64,000 nucleotides of DNA from Eledone cirrhosa (taxonomy: Eukaryota): positions 19,282,001-19,346,000 of the forward strand of contig OZ024741.1 of the NCBI GenBank assembly GCA_964016885.1, in the 5' to 3' direction. Each line of letters starts with the position of its first letter. The stretch's first letter is position 1. A model generated the notes under the pieces. It had not been told where the DNA came from. It made no database searches and worked only from the letters and a program-made list of their open reading frames with translations. Made by a program: the position numbers and the translations under genes. Positions 1 through 13,345 of the stretch are shown piece by piece.

Positions 1-229
1 AAACGGCCATCAATTCTCCCCCAAGTGCGACAATTGGTTACACACCACATCACAAGAGTCAACGGAAATGTTTGAGGAAAGCCAACTCGTTCGCAACGTT
101 ATCACGGGTGATTATGAGGCTAGGGTGCTGAATATGCTAGAGTCCCGAGGGTGGAATGGGGCTTCATGCAAGCTTAATCCGTCCCTGAATATATGTAATA
201 CTTTAGGAACAAAACCCTAAACATTAGTG

Positions 230-492
230 GTAGTGTCTAGTGTTTCTGTTGTTCAAACAAACGAACACACTGCTCGTGAAATTAACGTGCGAGTGCCCGA
301 GCATTCCACAAATACAAGTAACTTGAAGGTAGTTCCCAGGATGATTCAGCCTGACACAATGTGCAATAAGGCTGGCTCTTTGAATTATTGTTACAACTTA
401 TATTTTTGGCAGTAAAGTGAAATAAAGTGTCTTGTTCAAGGCACCATAGCTAATCGAACTGAACATCATAGCCACTAAGCCACGCGTCTTCA
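230..492 (-). mobile_element. tRNA-derived SINE (family with the cttgagcaagacactttatttcac core)
   Basis: Reverse complement of the family seen at 9800-10100 and 6880-7065. Confidence 0.7.
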
Positions 493-728
493 TCGTTGTG
501 GTATACACCTCAGGGGAAGTCATTTTGAAGATATTCAGAAGGTGAAGGAGGATGGGACAAGGATCTTGGACACCTTCATTTTAAATAACTTCTATGGGGC
601 TCTCACGAACGTTGGAGCACTACAACATTGAGGTCTGAGGTTAGAGTTTTGTACGTCTTTCAAATTAACAAACGTCTCTCTTGAAGAAGTCTCAAAACTA
701 CCTGAATGCACCTTGTATATATATATAT

Positions 729-845
729 AGGCGTGTGGCTGAGTGGTTAGAGAATTAGATTCATAATCTTGAGGTTGCGAGTTCGATTCCTGGACCGGGC
801 GATGCACTATGTCCTTGAGCAAGACACTTTATTTCACGTTGCTCC
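729..845 (+). mobile_element. tRNA-derived SINE head, 3'-truncated
   Basis: A box tggctgagtgg, B box gagttcgattcc, then ccttgagcaagacactttatttcac. Confidence 0.8.
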
Positions 846-1119
846 TTCTACCTGGAGTTGCGACCGTTAGATAGTATTAGCAACTGGAAAGACGGACGAA
901 AACATTGTTTCCTTGGTCCGATTTGACGAAAGTTGATCGATCCTTATATATGTATATATATATATATATATATAGTTGTTATATAGTAAGGTGTATTATT
1001 GGTTGTGTCATATGGTCCAATAAACTTTTGTTAGCAATATTAAGTTCTCCACGCTTTTGTATATCTCCAATTCCATTTATGGGAACAGGTAGATGATGTA
1101 AAACGGAGTATTTGTATCA

Positions 1120-1189
1120 AAATAAAGATCCGAAGGCATGGTATTGTCGTGATTAAAATGATTGGAAATTTATACCATGCCTTCGGATC

Positions 1190-1196
<7 letters not shown>
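1120..1196. repeat. Perfect 25-bp inverted repeat with 27-bp loop
   Basis: aaataaagatccgaaggcatggtat / ataccatgccttcggatctttattt. Confidence 0.9.
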
Positions 1197-1226
<30 letters not shown>

Positions 1227-1439
1227 GAATCATTCTGCCTTTACCATAACTGAAGACCGACGAGCTTTTGATTCCAGAGTTGGGCCCGATCGATACAGAT
1301 CGAATCTTCAGCTGATCAATCGCGAAACGCGCGTCACACCTCAATAAACGCAATGAAAATTTAACACCTCGTCCATTTTATATATATATGCACGTACATA
1401 ATACACACACACACACAGTCATTCATGTGGATCTGGGTA

Positions 1440-2000
1440 ATACATTGTTACTGAGCTCCAGATCTCTATTGCATTCTGGGTAGGAGTCGATGTCTGTGGA
1501 GGATTGAAATGTCTCTCTGTTAGGCCTCTTGATTCCAGAGGTCTTTAGGGTTTGTCTTGCTGCCTCAATGATGGTCACTTCAAAGCCACACCGAACTAAA
1601 CTTAATTATTAAATGGACTCTAGCTCAAGTAAATATCCCCTCAATTCTGGAGCTGACTGTTTTGTCCAGATTTGATTGGAAGAGACCAGACGGCCTTACC
1701 CTTTGTCCCTAGGTATGAGGGAAATGTCTCATCTAGAACAGCACAGTCAGTAACACTTTTCTTCCTTCCCACACCCTGGATGCTGCAGTAAAATAGATGA
1801 ATGGAATGAAATTCTAAAATACTGGGAATTACTGGCAAACTATTTTTTCCAGCCCGTGGAATAGAGACATTTGGTGGAGCTGGGCGACTGTCAACGGCTC
1901 AATTTACCGAGGTATTCTATGATGCCCGTGAGGATACTTAATTGTTCCAGAGTCTTAGCCACGGTAATGTTGCCAGCATGTTGGCTTGCCTCAAAAGATA
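1440..2000 (+). mobile_element. Decayed 3' fragment of a CRE-like non-LTR retrotransposon (zinc knuckle and restriction-like endonuclease)
   Basis: Frame-shifted translation gives LDSRGL*GLSC, HTELNLIIKWTLAQVNIPSILE, RPDGLTLCP..GKCLI, FQPV.IETFG and GNVASMLACL, in the usual order of RLE-domain motifs. Confidence 0.8.
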
Positions 2001-2921
2001 TTAAAGGCAGGTTCCAGCGCTGCTAGTGGTGTGTGACTGATTGACACAGTGTCGAATTAATATTGGCTTGCCTCAAAGTGTTTAGTTAACCCTTATTGTG
2101 ATGTGGCGGATTGTCGCATTTGGTGGTGAATTGATGGTCGTTTTATTTTTGCTTCCCCCTTTTTTTCTCTCTTTCATGCATTTATATTTGTGTAAATCAA
2201 CGACATTACATTTGTTATGTTCTTCTGAACGGATTGCGAGCAATTTATGATGTTATTTACGCATTTGTAATGTTATTTATGAATATATTTAGAACATATT
2301 TGTAATATTATTTATACAACTGTGAATAAATATCATCCTAATCATTAATATTATCTTTCATTTTGATTCTATATTTGTATGTGAAATATTTAGTTAAGTA
2401 TTGTATATATTATCTGTGTGTATATTTTCATTCTGTAAGAATTTTAAATAATTTGTATTGTTACGGTGTTTATGAATTCCGGAAGTAGGAAAGACTTCAA
2501 TAGAAGATCATATGACAAGGGACGTAACTCTCAATAATAGACATCAGCCTCACGTGAGCACGCGCACACACACATCTATATCTATAATTCTCTTTCTCAC
2601 TCTCCCTCACTCTCTTTTTACACACACACACATCTATATTTAAAACTCCCTCCCCCCTCTCTTTCTCTCCACACACACACATATCTATATCTATCATGCG
2701 ATCTGAACAAGAATTGATTGCTATTTCTAGCAGATCATGTGACTACATAGCAGCTCTCTCGTTATTTCACCTCATATATTTCGTGATGATATATACCTCT
2801 AACTCATTCAGTGTGAACATATCTTTTGTTCTTGTTCCCATTCAGTCGCAGCTGTACGATATATATAAATATATATACCTAACACATTCACAGTGTGAAC
2901 ATATCCTTGTTCTTGTTATTC

Positions 2922-4735
2922 AGGTCCTGTTCTATGATAGACACCCCTAATACATTCACAGTGTGAACTCGGTCCCTGTTCTATGATAGACACCCCTAAC
3001 ACATTCACAGTGTGAACTCGGTCCCTGTTCTATGATAGACACCCTTAACACATTCACAGTGTGAACTCAGTCCCTGTTCTATGATAGACACCCCTAACAC
3101 ATTCACAGTGTGAACTCGGTCCCTGTTCTATGATAGACACCCCTAACACATTCACAGTGTGAACTCGGTCCCTGTTTTATGATAGACACCCCTAACACAT
3201 TCACAGTGTGAACTCGGTCCCTGTTCTATGATAGACACCCCTAATACATTCACAGTGTGAACTCGGTCCCTGTTCTATGATAGACACCCCTAATACATTC
3301 ACAGTGTGAACTCGGTCCCTGTTTTATGATAGACACCCCTAACACATTCACAGTGTGAACTCGGTCCCTGTTTTATGATAGACACCCCTAACACATTCAC
3401 AGTGTGAACTCGGTCCCTGTTTTATGATAGACACCCCTAACACATTCACAGTGTGAACTCGGTCCCTGTTTTATGATAGACACACCTAACACATTCACAG
3501 TGTGAACTCGGTCCCTGTTCTATGATAGACACCCCTAACACATTCACAGTGTGAACTCAGTCCCTGTTTTATGATAGACACCCCTAACACATTCACAGTG
3601 TGAACTCGGTCCCTGTTCTATGATAGACACCCCTAACACATTCACAGTGTGAACTCGGTCCCTGTTCTATGATAGACACCCTTAACACATTCACAGTGTG
3701 AACTCAGTCCCTGTTTTATGATAGACACCCCTAACACATTCACAGTGTGAACTCGGTCCCTGTTCTATGATAGACACCCCTAACACATTCACAGTGTGAA
3801 CTCGGTCCCTGTTTTATGATAGACACCCCTAACACATTCACAGTGTGAACTCGGTCCCTGTTTTATGATAGACACCCTTAATACATTCACAGTGTGAACT
3901 CAGTCCCTGTTTTATGATAGACACCCCTAACACATTCACAGTGTGAACTCAGTCCCTGTTTTATGATAGACACCCCTAACACATTCACAGTGTGAACTCA
4001 GTCCCTGTTTTATGATAGACACCCCTAACACATTCACAGTGTGAACTCGGTCCCTGTTCTATGATAGACACCCCTAACACATTCACAGTGTGAACTCGGT
4101 CCCTGTTCTATGATAGACACCCCTAACACATTCACAGTGTGAACTCGGTCCCTGTTTTATGATAGACACACCTAACACATTCACAGTGTGAACTCGGTCC
4201 CTGTTCTATGATAGACACCCCTAACACATTCACAGTGTGAACTCAGTCCCTGTTTTATGATAGACACCCCTAACACATTCACAGTGTGAACTCGGTCCCT
4301 GTTCTATGATAGACACCCCTAACACATTCACAGTGTGAACTCGGTCCCTGTTCTATGATAGACACCCTTAACACATTCACAGTGTGAAGTCAGTCCCTGT
4401 TTTATGATAGACACCCCTAACACATTCACAGTGTGAACTCGGTCCCTGTTCTATGATAGACACCCCTAACACATTCACAGTGTGAACTCGGTCCCTGTTT
4501 TATGATAGACACCCCTAACACATCCACAGCGTGAACTCGGTCCCTGTTCTATGATAGACACCCCTAACACATTCACAGTGTGAACTCGGTCCCTGTTCTA
4601 TGATAGACACCCCTAACACATTCACAGTGTGAACTCGGTCCCTGTTCTATGATAGACACCCCTAACACATTCACAGTGTGAACTCAGCCCCTGTTGTATG
4701 ATATAACACCGCTAACATATTCACAGTGTAAACAT
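2922..4735. repeat. 49-bp minisatellite, ~37 copies
   Basis: Unit ggtccctgttctatgatagacacccctaacacattcacagtgtgaactc. Confidence 0.97.
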
Positions 4736-5091
4736 CTCTTGTTCCTGTTCCTATTCAGTCTCAGTGGTCAGCTTTAACCAAGGACGGTGGATCAAGAACT
4801 GGACGTTTGTGTCAGTTTAGCACAAGATAAAAAGAATTAAATAGAAGTGAACATATATTCTTTCTGGATACGTTTCTAGAATCTACGACCCTGGAGCCTC
4901 ATACAACTCACTAACCTACCCCGAGTCTCTTAGGGGCTTTGAAATTTATTTTATTTTTCTATTTATTTATTTTTATGGTCTGGGCATTGAAGTTATTTCA
5001 GATAAGATTCAAACCCCTAAATCACATTGAATAAGAGAAAGGTTTATCTAAATTCCCTTTTTTATGTAGTTTTGTTTATAATAGATTATAT

Positions 5092-5248
5092 GGCGGCGGA
5101 TTGTCAGAGTCGTCTGAACGTCAGATAGAATGTTTTGTGGTATTCGATTCAGCTCTCTGCTCTCTCGGCTCAAATCCTGCCGAGGTCAACTTTGCCTTTC
5201 ATCCATTTGAGGTCGGTAAAAAAAGTACCAATCGAGTACTGGACTCGA
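5092..5248 (+). mobile_element. Nin/Deu-domain-like SINE
   Basis: gccgaggtcaactttgcctttcatccatttgaggtcggtaaa core. Confidence 0.75.
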
Positions 5249-5469
5249 TTCTTCCTCTATACATCTTTCTCATCTCCTCTCTCTCACTTTCTATCCTTCT
5301 ATGCAAGAAATCTGCTGCACTGAGGCCCGGAGAGGAGATGGACTCCGTTAGGCTTAACATGTCCTAGAAACACCGCTATATCAATACGGCACCCTTACCA
5401 CTCCACCAGGAGTTACGGGACTATATGGCTTCGACAGTCTCAATTATTTTATCATTGATAGTTTGTTCA

Positions 5470-5700
5470 CACAGCATGAATAATTAGTGTCCCTTCTATT
5501 GCCTGTCAGGTGTCAAAATGGGCCTTAGACATGTACTTCCCTGTGTAGTCTTTTGTAGGAGAGCAATTCGTGATTTACGATCTGTTCCTTTAGAATACCC
5601 TTTGTGTTTTAGTTGTATCAAGCCGAAAGCTCTGATGACAACTAGAATTATCTTAATACTGTTATCTGCTGTTAACTATATTCGGGCAATTTCGATTATT
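5470..5700 (-). mobile_element. R4/Dong-like LINE 3' fragment (degenerate)
   Basis: Minus-strand IILVVIRAFGLI...IALLQKT; similar to 36130-36345. Confidence 0.55.
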
Positions 5701-5702
5701 AT

Positions 5703-5912
5703 TTGGCAGCATCGGTAGAGCGTCGGGAAACATGCTTCGGGGCATAGTGTTACAACCCCATACGGTCTGAGTTCAAATCCCGCCTGGGTTAGCTTTGCCA
5801 TTCATCCTTACAGGGTCGATAAAATAAAGTAGCAGTAATGCACTGGGGTCGATTTAATCGACTTTCCCCTTCCCCACAAATTGCTGGCCTTGTGCCTAAA
5901 TCAGAAACCATT
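5703..5912 (+). mobile_element. Nin/Deu-domain-like SINE
   Basis: gagttcaaatcccgcc...ttcatccttacagggtcgataaaataaagt core and ctggccttgtgcc tail. Confidence 0.8.
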
Positions 5913-6331
5913 ATTATTGTTGTTGTTGTTATTCTTTAAAAATGTCTCTACAGGCTGAAAATGTTTCTGAGCTCTGCTGGAGTCTTATAGAGGGTTATTG
6001 TTGTAGTTTAGCTCCAGGATGGTCAGAGTTATGACAAAGACATTTCAGCTACAGCAATCCAGTCGATTGTTTATAAGTCAATTGCATCTAAGACTGCATA
6101 GTCTGAAGGAAACTCAGCTGCTATTTCTAGCAATTCTAGTGACCATATATAAGAGACACCTTCGTTAGCTCGACTACAGATGTTTGTTATTTTTGTTAGT
6201 TAGCCACTGGTCAACCCTGATCATGCAGCGTTGGAATCCCAAATAACCTAGCCGTAACCCCTTCCGTCCATAGTAAGAGTATCTAAGACTACATTATCTA
6301 ATGTATTATTTTCCTTTTTAAGAACGTAGGG

Positions 6332-6666
6332 CAGAGATGGTGAACATGTGGTCTACTATGCCATTTTGTGCGGCCTTTTGAAAGGATAACATATTTCCAA
6401 CAAATTAAAAATGTTTATTAATGTTTATGTCTAGCACTTATAATTTTAATTTAAATCATAAGATGAACATATTTTAAATACCAAAGAGTAACATAAAATT
6501 CAATGAAATAATCCAGAATTAAAACATTGTTAGATCACAGCACTTTCTGTACTCATGTTTTAACGGGAATTTAATGTACCGCCTTTTTAGATTCTTGAAT
6601 GTGGCCTTATTATATTACAAGTAACTTAATGTGGTCTTTCAACATGAAAAGGTTCCCCCACTTCTG
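6332..6666. mobile_element. Non-autonomous hAT element (MITE)
   Basis: Imperfect TIRs cagagatggtgaac / gttcccccacttctg; 8-bp TSD acgtaggg / acgtagag. Confidence 0.75.
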
Positions 6667-7138
6667 ACGTAGAGTGTAATTTCGGGGAAGATTTGGCTGC
6701 TATTTCTAGCAAGTCTACTGATTACGTAGATTAGTTGGTTTAATCATAAATGGCTATAATTGCTAGAGGGTAGTCTCCCTTGGTTACCATCCTCTTATGT
6801 CGAACTATGGCCGACGAAGGACCCATTTAGGACTATATAATCTAATGTAGCTGTCCAACGTATTCGTTGTTGAATTGACTGTAATTGTAATTTAAAGGAC
6901 CAACGTTGTCAGACACTATGGTACACTGAATCTCCCTGATAATTATGTTAAGGATACATGTGTTTGTGAAATGGTCAGCCACTTACGCAATAATTTTATG
7001 AGCTGTCTGTTTCGTTAATTGAACAACTTGAACCCTCATCGTCGAAACTAACGGAGGTCCATTCCATTTATCGATGTAACAAGCAACATTTTTGTTCACA
7101 TAAACCATTGTGATTCAGGTTCTTGTCAAAAACTAAAA

Positions 7139-7495
7139 CAGGGGTTCTCAAAGTGGGTGCTACCCCCACCCCCGAGGGGACATTGAGAAGGTCCAGGGGG
7201 GGGGGGGGGTGCTGGTACCTAAGGGGGCGGTAGAAATGATACAATAGTATATTAAATATAAAATGATACATATTATATATAAATATAGTAAAATAAAAAA
7301 TATATAATATTTATTTATACATAGTATTTATTATATTATTTATTATATATAAGCTAACAATTTATTTATTATATATTATTTAAAATTTGCATGTAGGTAG
7401 GTCTCTCTGGAAATATGTTGGATGGGTGGGGGTCGCCGAGGGTAATACATGGTCGTGAGGGGGCGGGGCTGGCCCCCAAAGTTTTAGAACCTCTG
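7139..7495. mobile_element. Non-autonomous hAT element (MITE)
   Basis: TIRs caggggttctcaaa / ttttagaacctctg; 8-bp TSD aactaaaa / aactaacc. Confidence 0.75.
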
Positions 7496-8514
7496 AACTA
7501 ACCCAAACAATTCAATCCTCTTTCGTCGAGTGGAAGGAGTGAGCCGGTTTCAAATTCAGCCTGGAACGAAGTATTTTCTTGCTTACATCGCTGATATTGT
7601 CCAGAGAGGCATGACTACCACAGAATCACATTTATGAAACTTTATGAAAATCCTCTCTAATTCATGTAAATTTAAGGAAATAATCGATATTTAAAGATCG
7701 AATGTTGTTAGATTAAGAATCATTGCCCACATAGTTCTTCTTAGCAATGACGTCATCATAAAGCCATATAAGGAAGTTTGGGTATTGGGACCTCGTCATT
7801 TATTGTGGGAAACACTTGAACCCTGGTCCTAATCTAATGCACACTACCGAAGCCCACCCGATACACCCGTATCACAATGCTCTGTGCTCCTTCTCTCCAT
7901 CCAAATTCCTAGGGTTCACATCAATTACACCACCCAGTCCTTCCACCCTAGAAAGTCACTCCCCGGAATTCTTCTACTTCTCATATTTTCTCCACACAGC
8001 ATCCATTTACAGGCGTTCATGGTCCCGTAACTCCCGAGAGAGTCGTAGGGGCATTTTAAAACCTAGTGGTGCCCATCTCCTCTCCAGGTCTGAAAACAGC
8101 AGATGTCTTCCAGAGAAGAATAGATTGTGAGGGAATGAAAATGAGAAAGAGATATAGAGGAATCGACCCCAGTACTAGACTGGTACTTTTTTATCAACTC
8201 CGAATGGATGAAAGGCAAAGTTGCCCCTGAGGGATTTGAACACAGAGAACAGAGAACTTAAACGAATACTGCAAAGCATTCTATCTGACGTTCTAATGAC
8301 TGCCAATTCACCACCTTTCAAACGTACTATCAACCGTATTAATCCCTCTAAACTGTGAAGGCGCGGCTCCTTCTTCCTGTCTAAGCTATTCAAAAATAAA
8401 AGTCAACTTGATCCATCACACTCACTTCTCCTTACCCATATTTCATCCCGTATCTGGCCAAGCCATACATATCCACACACACGCACATACACATATATAA
8501 CGACCAAGCATAGA

Positions 8515-8837
8515 TGAGTTGAGAGAGAAACTGTGTATAAGAGGGATAAGTTGTGGTGTGCAAGAGAGAAAACTGAGATGGTATGGACATGTGATGCGCA
8601 TGGAGGATGACCGCTGGGTAAAGAAATGCCAAGAAATCCCAGTAGAAGGAAGACGTGGTAGACGAAGACCACGAAAAACATGGGCGGAGGTGGTGAGAGC
8701 AGACCTCAAATCGCTGAAGCTCACGGAGGAGATGACGAAGGACCGTGACAAGTGGAGAGATGCTATGCTGAATAGGACCCGTCCCACCCTTCTAAGCAGG
8801 GAAAAGAGGACGTAAAATGATGATGATGATGATGATG
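8515..8837 (+). mobile_element. RTE-clade LINE 3' fragment with (ATG)n tail
   Basis: QERKLRWYGHVMRMEDDRWVKK...GRRGRRRPRKTW..VVRADL...DRDKWR is the typical RTE C-terminus; followed by gacgtaaaa(tga)n. Confidence 0.9.
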
Positions 8838-8929
8838 ATATATATATATATATATATCCACAAATATCCACACATACTGATACACAACTGTATATTTTCA
8901 CCCGGAATTCATAAATTGGTTTTCAGTTA

Positions 8930-9230
8930 TTGCATTTGTCAACAGAAGAAATAAAGGGAAGTAACCCATATAATGACCAAATAGGTGACATTGACCAAGT
9001 CCCCTTTCGTGTACCTGTCACCATTGAGACTTCAGGTGTCCTCCGACCCAGGAGTGCCGTTTTTCTTCCCCAAATCAGGATGATGATATCACACCTGAAG
9101 AAGGAGCCCCACGAGGTGAAATTACTATATAGCGGTTATCGCTAGTTGTTCCCTGTAGCAGCACTTTCACTACCTTGTCCGCTGATCGAGTCTGAGCGGG
9201 GCCGACATCTGGATATTTAACGCCCTAAGT
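8930..9230 (+). mobile_element. Second CRE-like RLE C-terminal fragment
   Basis: VPVTIETSGVL.PRSAVFL..I...KEP.E matches the end of the RLE domain. Confidence 0.6.
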
Positions 9231-9799
9231 TAGCCCTACATATGTGATCCCTTATATCAGTTATGACCCCGTTTCTCTCCACCCACCTCCAAAATAGAGT
9301 TTGTCAAGATAAATCAACTTTTTGATATTTGTTAGTAAGAACACATCTAGCCAGTATCTTCACATCACAGTCCACTCTCACCCACGCTCAATCACCTGAC
9401 AGCTCATAATACCATACAACCCTCTCCACAAATCTAGATATTCCTACATTGCTATCACGCAGCAAAAATGTTTAGTGATTTATTTATTAATCGCAGGGAC
9501 TTATTATATATTTAATTTAATTATTCAAATCTGTATAAAACTGTGATCCTTTAAGATTCAGTAATACGCATCTCTAGGTTTCTGTGTTATAAACAGTTGT
9601 CTAATTGTAGCGTCAGCCCAGTGCCTGGAGTCTACCTAACCTCTATTTATTTTCTTTCTTTCTTTCGTTCGTTCTACCTACCTACCTACCTACCTACCTA
9701 CCTACCTACCTACCTATCTATCTATCTATCTATCTAACTTTCTTTCTTTCTTTCTTTTCTTTGTTTCTCGTTATTCTGATATTATATATTTTAAGAGAA

Positions 9800-10100
9800 G
9801 GTTTAGTGATTAGAATGTTCGACTGATGACCTTGAGTTCGATTCCAAGTGATTCATTGTGTTCTTGAGCAAGACACTTTATTTCAAGTTGCTCCATTCCA
9901 CTCAGCTGGCAAAGAAATGAGTTGCATCTGTAATTCAAAGAGCCAGGTTTGTCACATATTCACACTGAATCTCCCTGAGAGCTGCGTTAAGGGTGAACGT
10001 ATCTGTGGAATATTCAGTCACTCGCGCGTTAATTTCAGGTTTTTTTTCGTTGATCAAACAGGGACATTCATCGTCGGAACCGACGGAGGTCCAACAACCA
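9800..10100 (+). mobile_element. tRNA-derived SINE
   Basis: B box gagttcgattcc and cttgagcaagacactttatttca core; 3' part shared with 6880-7065. Confidence 0.75.
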
Positions 10101-10575
10101 CACTCATGTATTTCAAATATAATTATTCAATCACTTTTCTTCATAATCTATAGATACTGACATAAATTACACGGCTTACGTCACTAGAAAGTGGGCGGAG
10201 TTAATGTGGGTTAAAGAATCGCGTTGAATTATTTCAGCTTTTATTACAAAGCCTCACTTTCTTATTGTATATTTGAACATCTTGTCTTACCCACTCACGG
10301 AACTTACAGCTAGAAGGACAAGGAAAGAGGGTGAGCGCAGTAGGGGGTTGTTATTTTAAGGAAGCAGGGTTGATGAACGTGTTTCGTAATGGGGTATGAT
10401 GGGATGAGATGGAGATGGGTATTTGGGGTGAATACAAGATAGTGGCGGTGGTGATAGTTGTAATGGTGATAGTGGCGGTGGTGTTTCAACTCCAGGTCAG
10501 CTTTGATTGAGCAGATCTATTATTACTTGTATTCCATCGATGGTCATGGTCCTTTATACTATATTCCAAGGGCTC

Positions 10576-10715
10576 GAGGCATGTGGCCTAGAGGTAAGAG
10601 TGTTGGACTTTGGAGGTTTAACCTCGACTGGCGTCCTATCCAGGAGGAGTCTTGTACTCTCAGTCGCTTCACGCCACGGAAACCAGGATAAGCATCGTCC
10701 TCGATTGGTGAGAGT
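10576..10715 (+). mobile_element. Internally deleted copy of the SINE at 60566
   Basis: Head aggcatgtggcctagaggtaag joined directly to the tail gactggcgtcctatccagg...cttcacgccacggaaaccaggataag. Confidence 0.7.
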
Positions 10716-10936
10716 AAGAGTGGAACTGAAGCCTTGCAGTTGACAGTGGGCAGATGACAACTGTAGTTCAATGAGTTCAGCCATGTCTCACTGATTCTTC
10801 TTGGGTGTTTCTTAAGTGTACGTGAGTCTGTAATACACAGACACAGACACAGTAATCTATTGACTAGGCCGTCCAGTTGTTCAGGCAATTGGAACAACCA
10901 TCATCAAAACCAACGGAAATCCATTTACACACACAC

Positions 10937-10967
<31 letters not shown>

Positions 10968-11013
10968 TGTATGTATGTATGTATGTATGTATGTATGTAT
11001 GTATGTATGTATG

Positions 11014-11061
<48 letters not shown>

Positions 11062-11745
11062 CATATTATATAATTTTTATATGTCCATAAACGGAATAAA
11101 AGCGCTACCCAAGGTTTCAAGGCCCAATATTGACCCACCTCTAGATTACAAGAGGGATCACAATTGTGACCTGCCTTCAGGCGCTTAGACCAGTATAAAA
11201 TGCCGTTAAAAGTAATGCGTGCTAAAGACGGTAGTTTACGAAAAAAAGGTATTATAACAAAGGGAAATATATGTGTGTTGTGAGTGTTTGTTTGTATATA
11301 TATATACACATACATATACATCTCTCAGTCTCTCCCTCTCTCTCTCTATATATATATATAATATATACTTCATTATATAATATTGTAAGGGTTACAAAGA
11401 CACGCTACTTAACGCAGTGTTCCAATACAGAGTAACACGTGGAACACAGAGATATCGTAAACTTCCGGATTGCTGAAGTGCATTTTACTAAAAAGCTAAA
11501 ACTCTCTCTGAACTGCAGGAATGAGATCTCGGCACATAAACATATATATATATTGTATATCTGAGCAATATTAGTGTCCAAACCCCTATCTCTCGCTTTG
11601 CCATCGATGAGAAGGTAAATATAAGCCACACATCTGACGGTGGATTTTAAATGAGAAAGCTCTCATAATTGAACATTAATAAGTTCAGAAAGAAGACTCA
11701 ACGTCTAGTTATTAAGTCGTTCCATTCAACATTATTTCACCTATC

Positions 11746-11934
11746 GGTGGGTTGGCAGTATCGGTAGAGGGTCGGACGCCATGCTTTGACGTATAGAGTT
11801 ACGGCCCTTGCCAATCTGAGTTCAAATCCCGCCGAGGTTAACTTTGCCTTTCATCCTTACGGCGTCGATAAAATAAAGTACCAGTAATGCACTGGGTAAT
11901 TGCTGGCCTTGTGCCATAAGAAGAAACAATTATT
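11746..11934 (+). mobile_element. Nin/Deu-domain-like SINE, young subfamily
   Basis: ggcagtatcggtagagggtcggacgccatgc...gagttcaaatcccgccgaggttaactttgcctttcatccttacgg.gtcgataaaataaagtaccag. Confidence 0.85.
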
Positions 11935-12237
11935 GTATTATGTAATTCTGCCATACTTCTCATTCTTTCTATCCATATACATGTCTTTTATCTTAATTTA
12001 CTGAACTAGAAGACCTGTACATTTCACCAATATACTGATCTCTCTCTCTCTCCCTCCCCCTCTCTCTTTCTGTATATATACACACACATATATATATATT
12101 CTTCCATTTAAAGCTACCCTTTCCTCTACTGCTTTGAGGTGTTTTCTTATATTGAGCTGTGGCACACACACACACACATCTATCTATCTATCTATCTATC
12201 TATCAATCTATCTATCTCTCTATCTCTCTATATATAT

Positions 12238-12580
12238 GGAGGCACATGGCTTAGTGGGCACATTGGCCTTGCAATCGAAAGGTTGTGAGTTCAATTCTCA
12301 GCCTGGGTGATGTGTTGTTTCCTTGAGCAAGACACTTTATTTCACATTGCTCCAGTTCACTCAGCTGTAGAAATGAGATGATAGGGACTGGGGTCCCTAT
12401 CATTCCACTGCAAAATGGTCGTGTAGGTGCCACGGCAAAAACCACCCAGCACTCACTGTAAATGAGGTTGGTGTTAGGAAGGACATCCAGCTGTAGAAAT
12501 TAAGCCAGAATCAGTTCCCGTCCCACCCTTGCAAGCAGGGAAAAGCGGACGTAAAATGATGATGATGATGATGATGATGA
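12238..12580 (+). mobile_element. tRNA-derived SINE with RTE-type 3' tail and (ATG)n
   Basis: A/B boxes and core motif; 3' end cccgtcccacccttgcaagcagggaaaagcggacgtaaaatgatgat is nearly identical to the RTE end at 8778-8837. Confidence 0.8.
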
Positions 12581-13194
12581 TATATACCCCAGAGCAGAAA
12601 CAGCAGCTGAACCCATAAAATATATGAAACGACAAATATTATGAAATATTTTGATGTAAAAATATCAAACGTAAAAGACAAGATACACATTAAAAAAAAA
12701 AGGTTGTTAGAGTTGTTTAATTCCAGATTGTTATACATTAGTTCTGATTGAGGTTTCAATGGCGTAGTTGTGAGAGATTTGGTCAAAACGAGGCTGTGTT
12801 GTACATAGTTTTTATATTTCATTTACATTGCTAAAGATATTGAGTCAGACATGTTAATGGAAATGAGCATTATTTCACATCTCTATGGTTAAAGCTGTCT
12901 TTTATATATTTGAAGCTCCCTGCCAAAGCTAAGTACTGGGATCTCTACCACTTTCGCTCCCAATACAGTAACAGATTTGAGGCTCCCCGGCAAAGCTATG
13001 GAACTCCTACCCCTTTCGCTCTCAACACAACAAATAATCTACTCATCCATGAGCCCTTAATTCCCGACGAGTTGCAGAGCACCGCAGGGATACACGGCAT
13101 GTCTTGGTCATTTAAAGCTGTTACACGGGCAATTTTTTTCCAGAGAAAGAGAGTTAAAATTTGAGTTACAGGAAGTGAGAAAGAGAAACAAAAG

Positions 13195-13345
13195 TAGAAT
13201 AGAGCCCCAAGAAGTAGAATAGAGCCCCTAGAAGTAGAATAGACCCCCTAGAAGTAGAAGAGACTCCCTAGAAGTAGAATAGACCCTGTAGAAGTAGAAT
13301 AGACCCCTACAAGTAGAATAGAGCCCCAAGAAGGAGAATATATCC
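13195..13345. repeat. 20-bp minisatellite, ~7 copies
   Basis: Unit approximately agaagtagaatagaccccct. Confidence 0.9.

Noticed and set aside
729-800. Functional tRNA gene
   Set aside because: Continues into a SINE body and the acceptor stem does not pair.
2922-4735. CRISPR-like array, or RAG RSS array (CACAGTG in every unit)
   Set aside because: No unique spacers or cas genes, and no ACAAAAACC-like nonamer at 12 or 23 bp.
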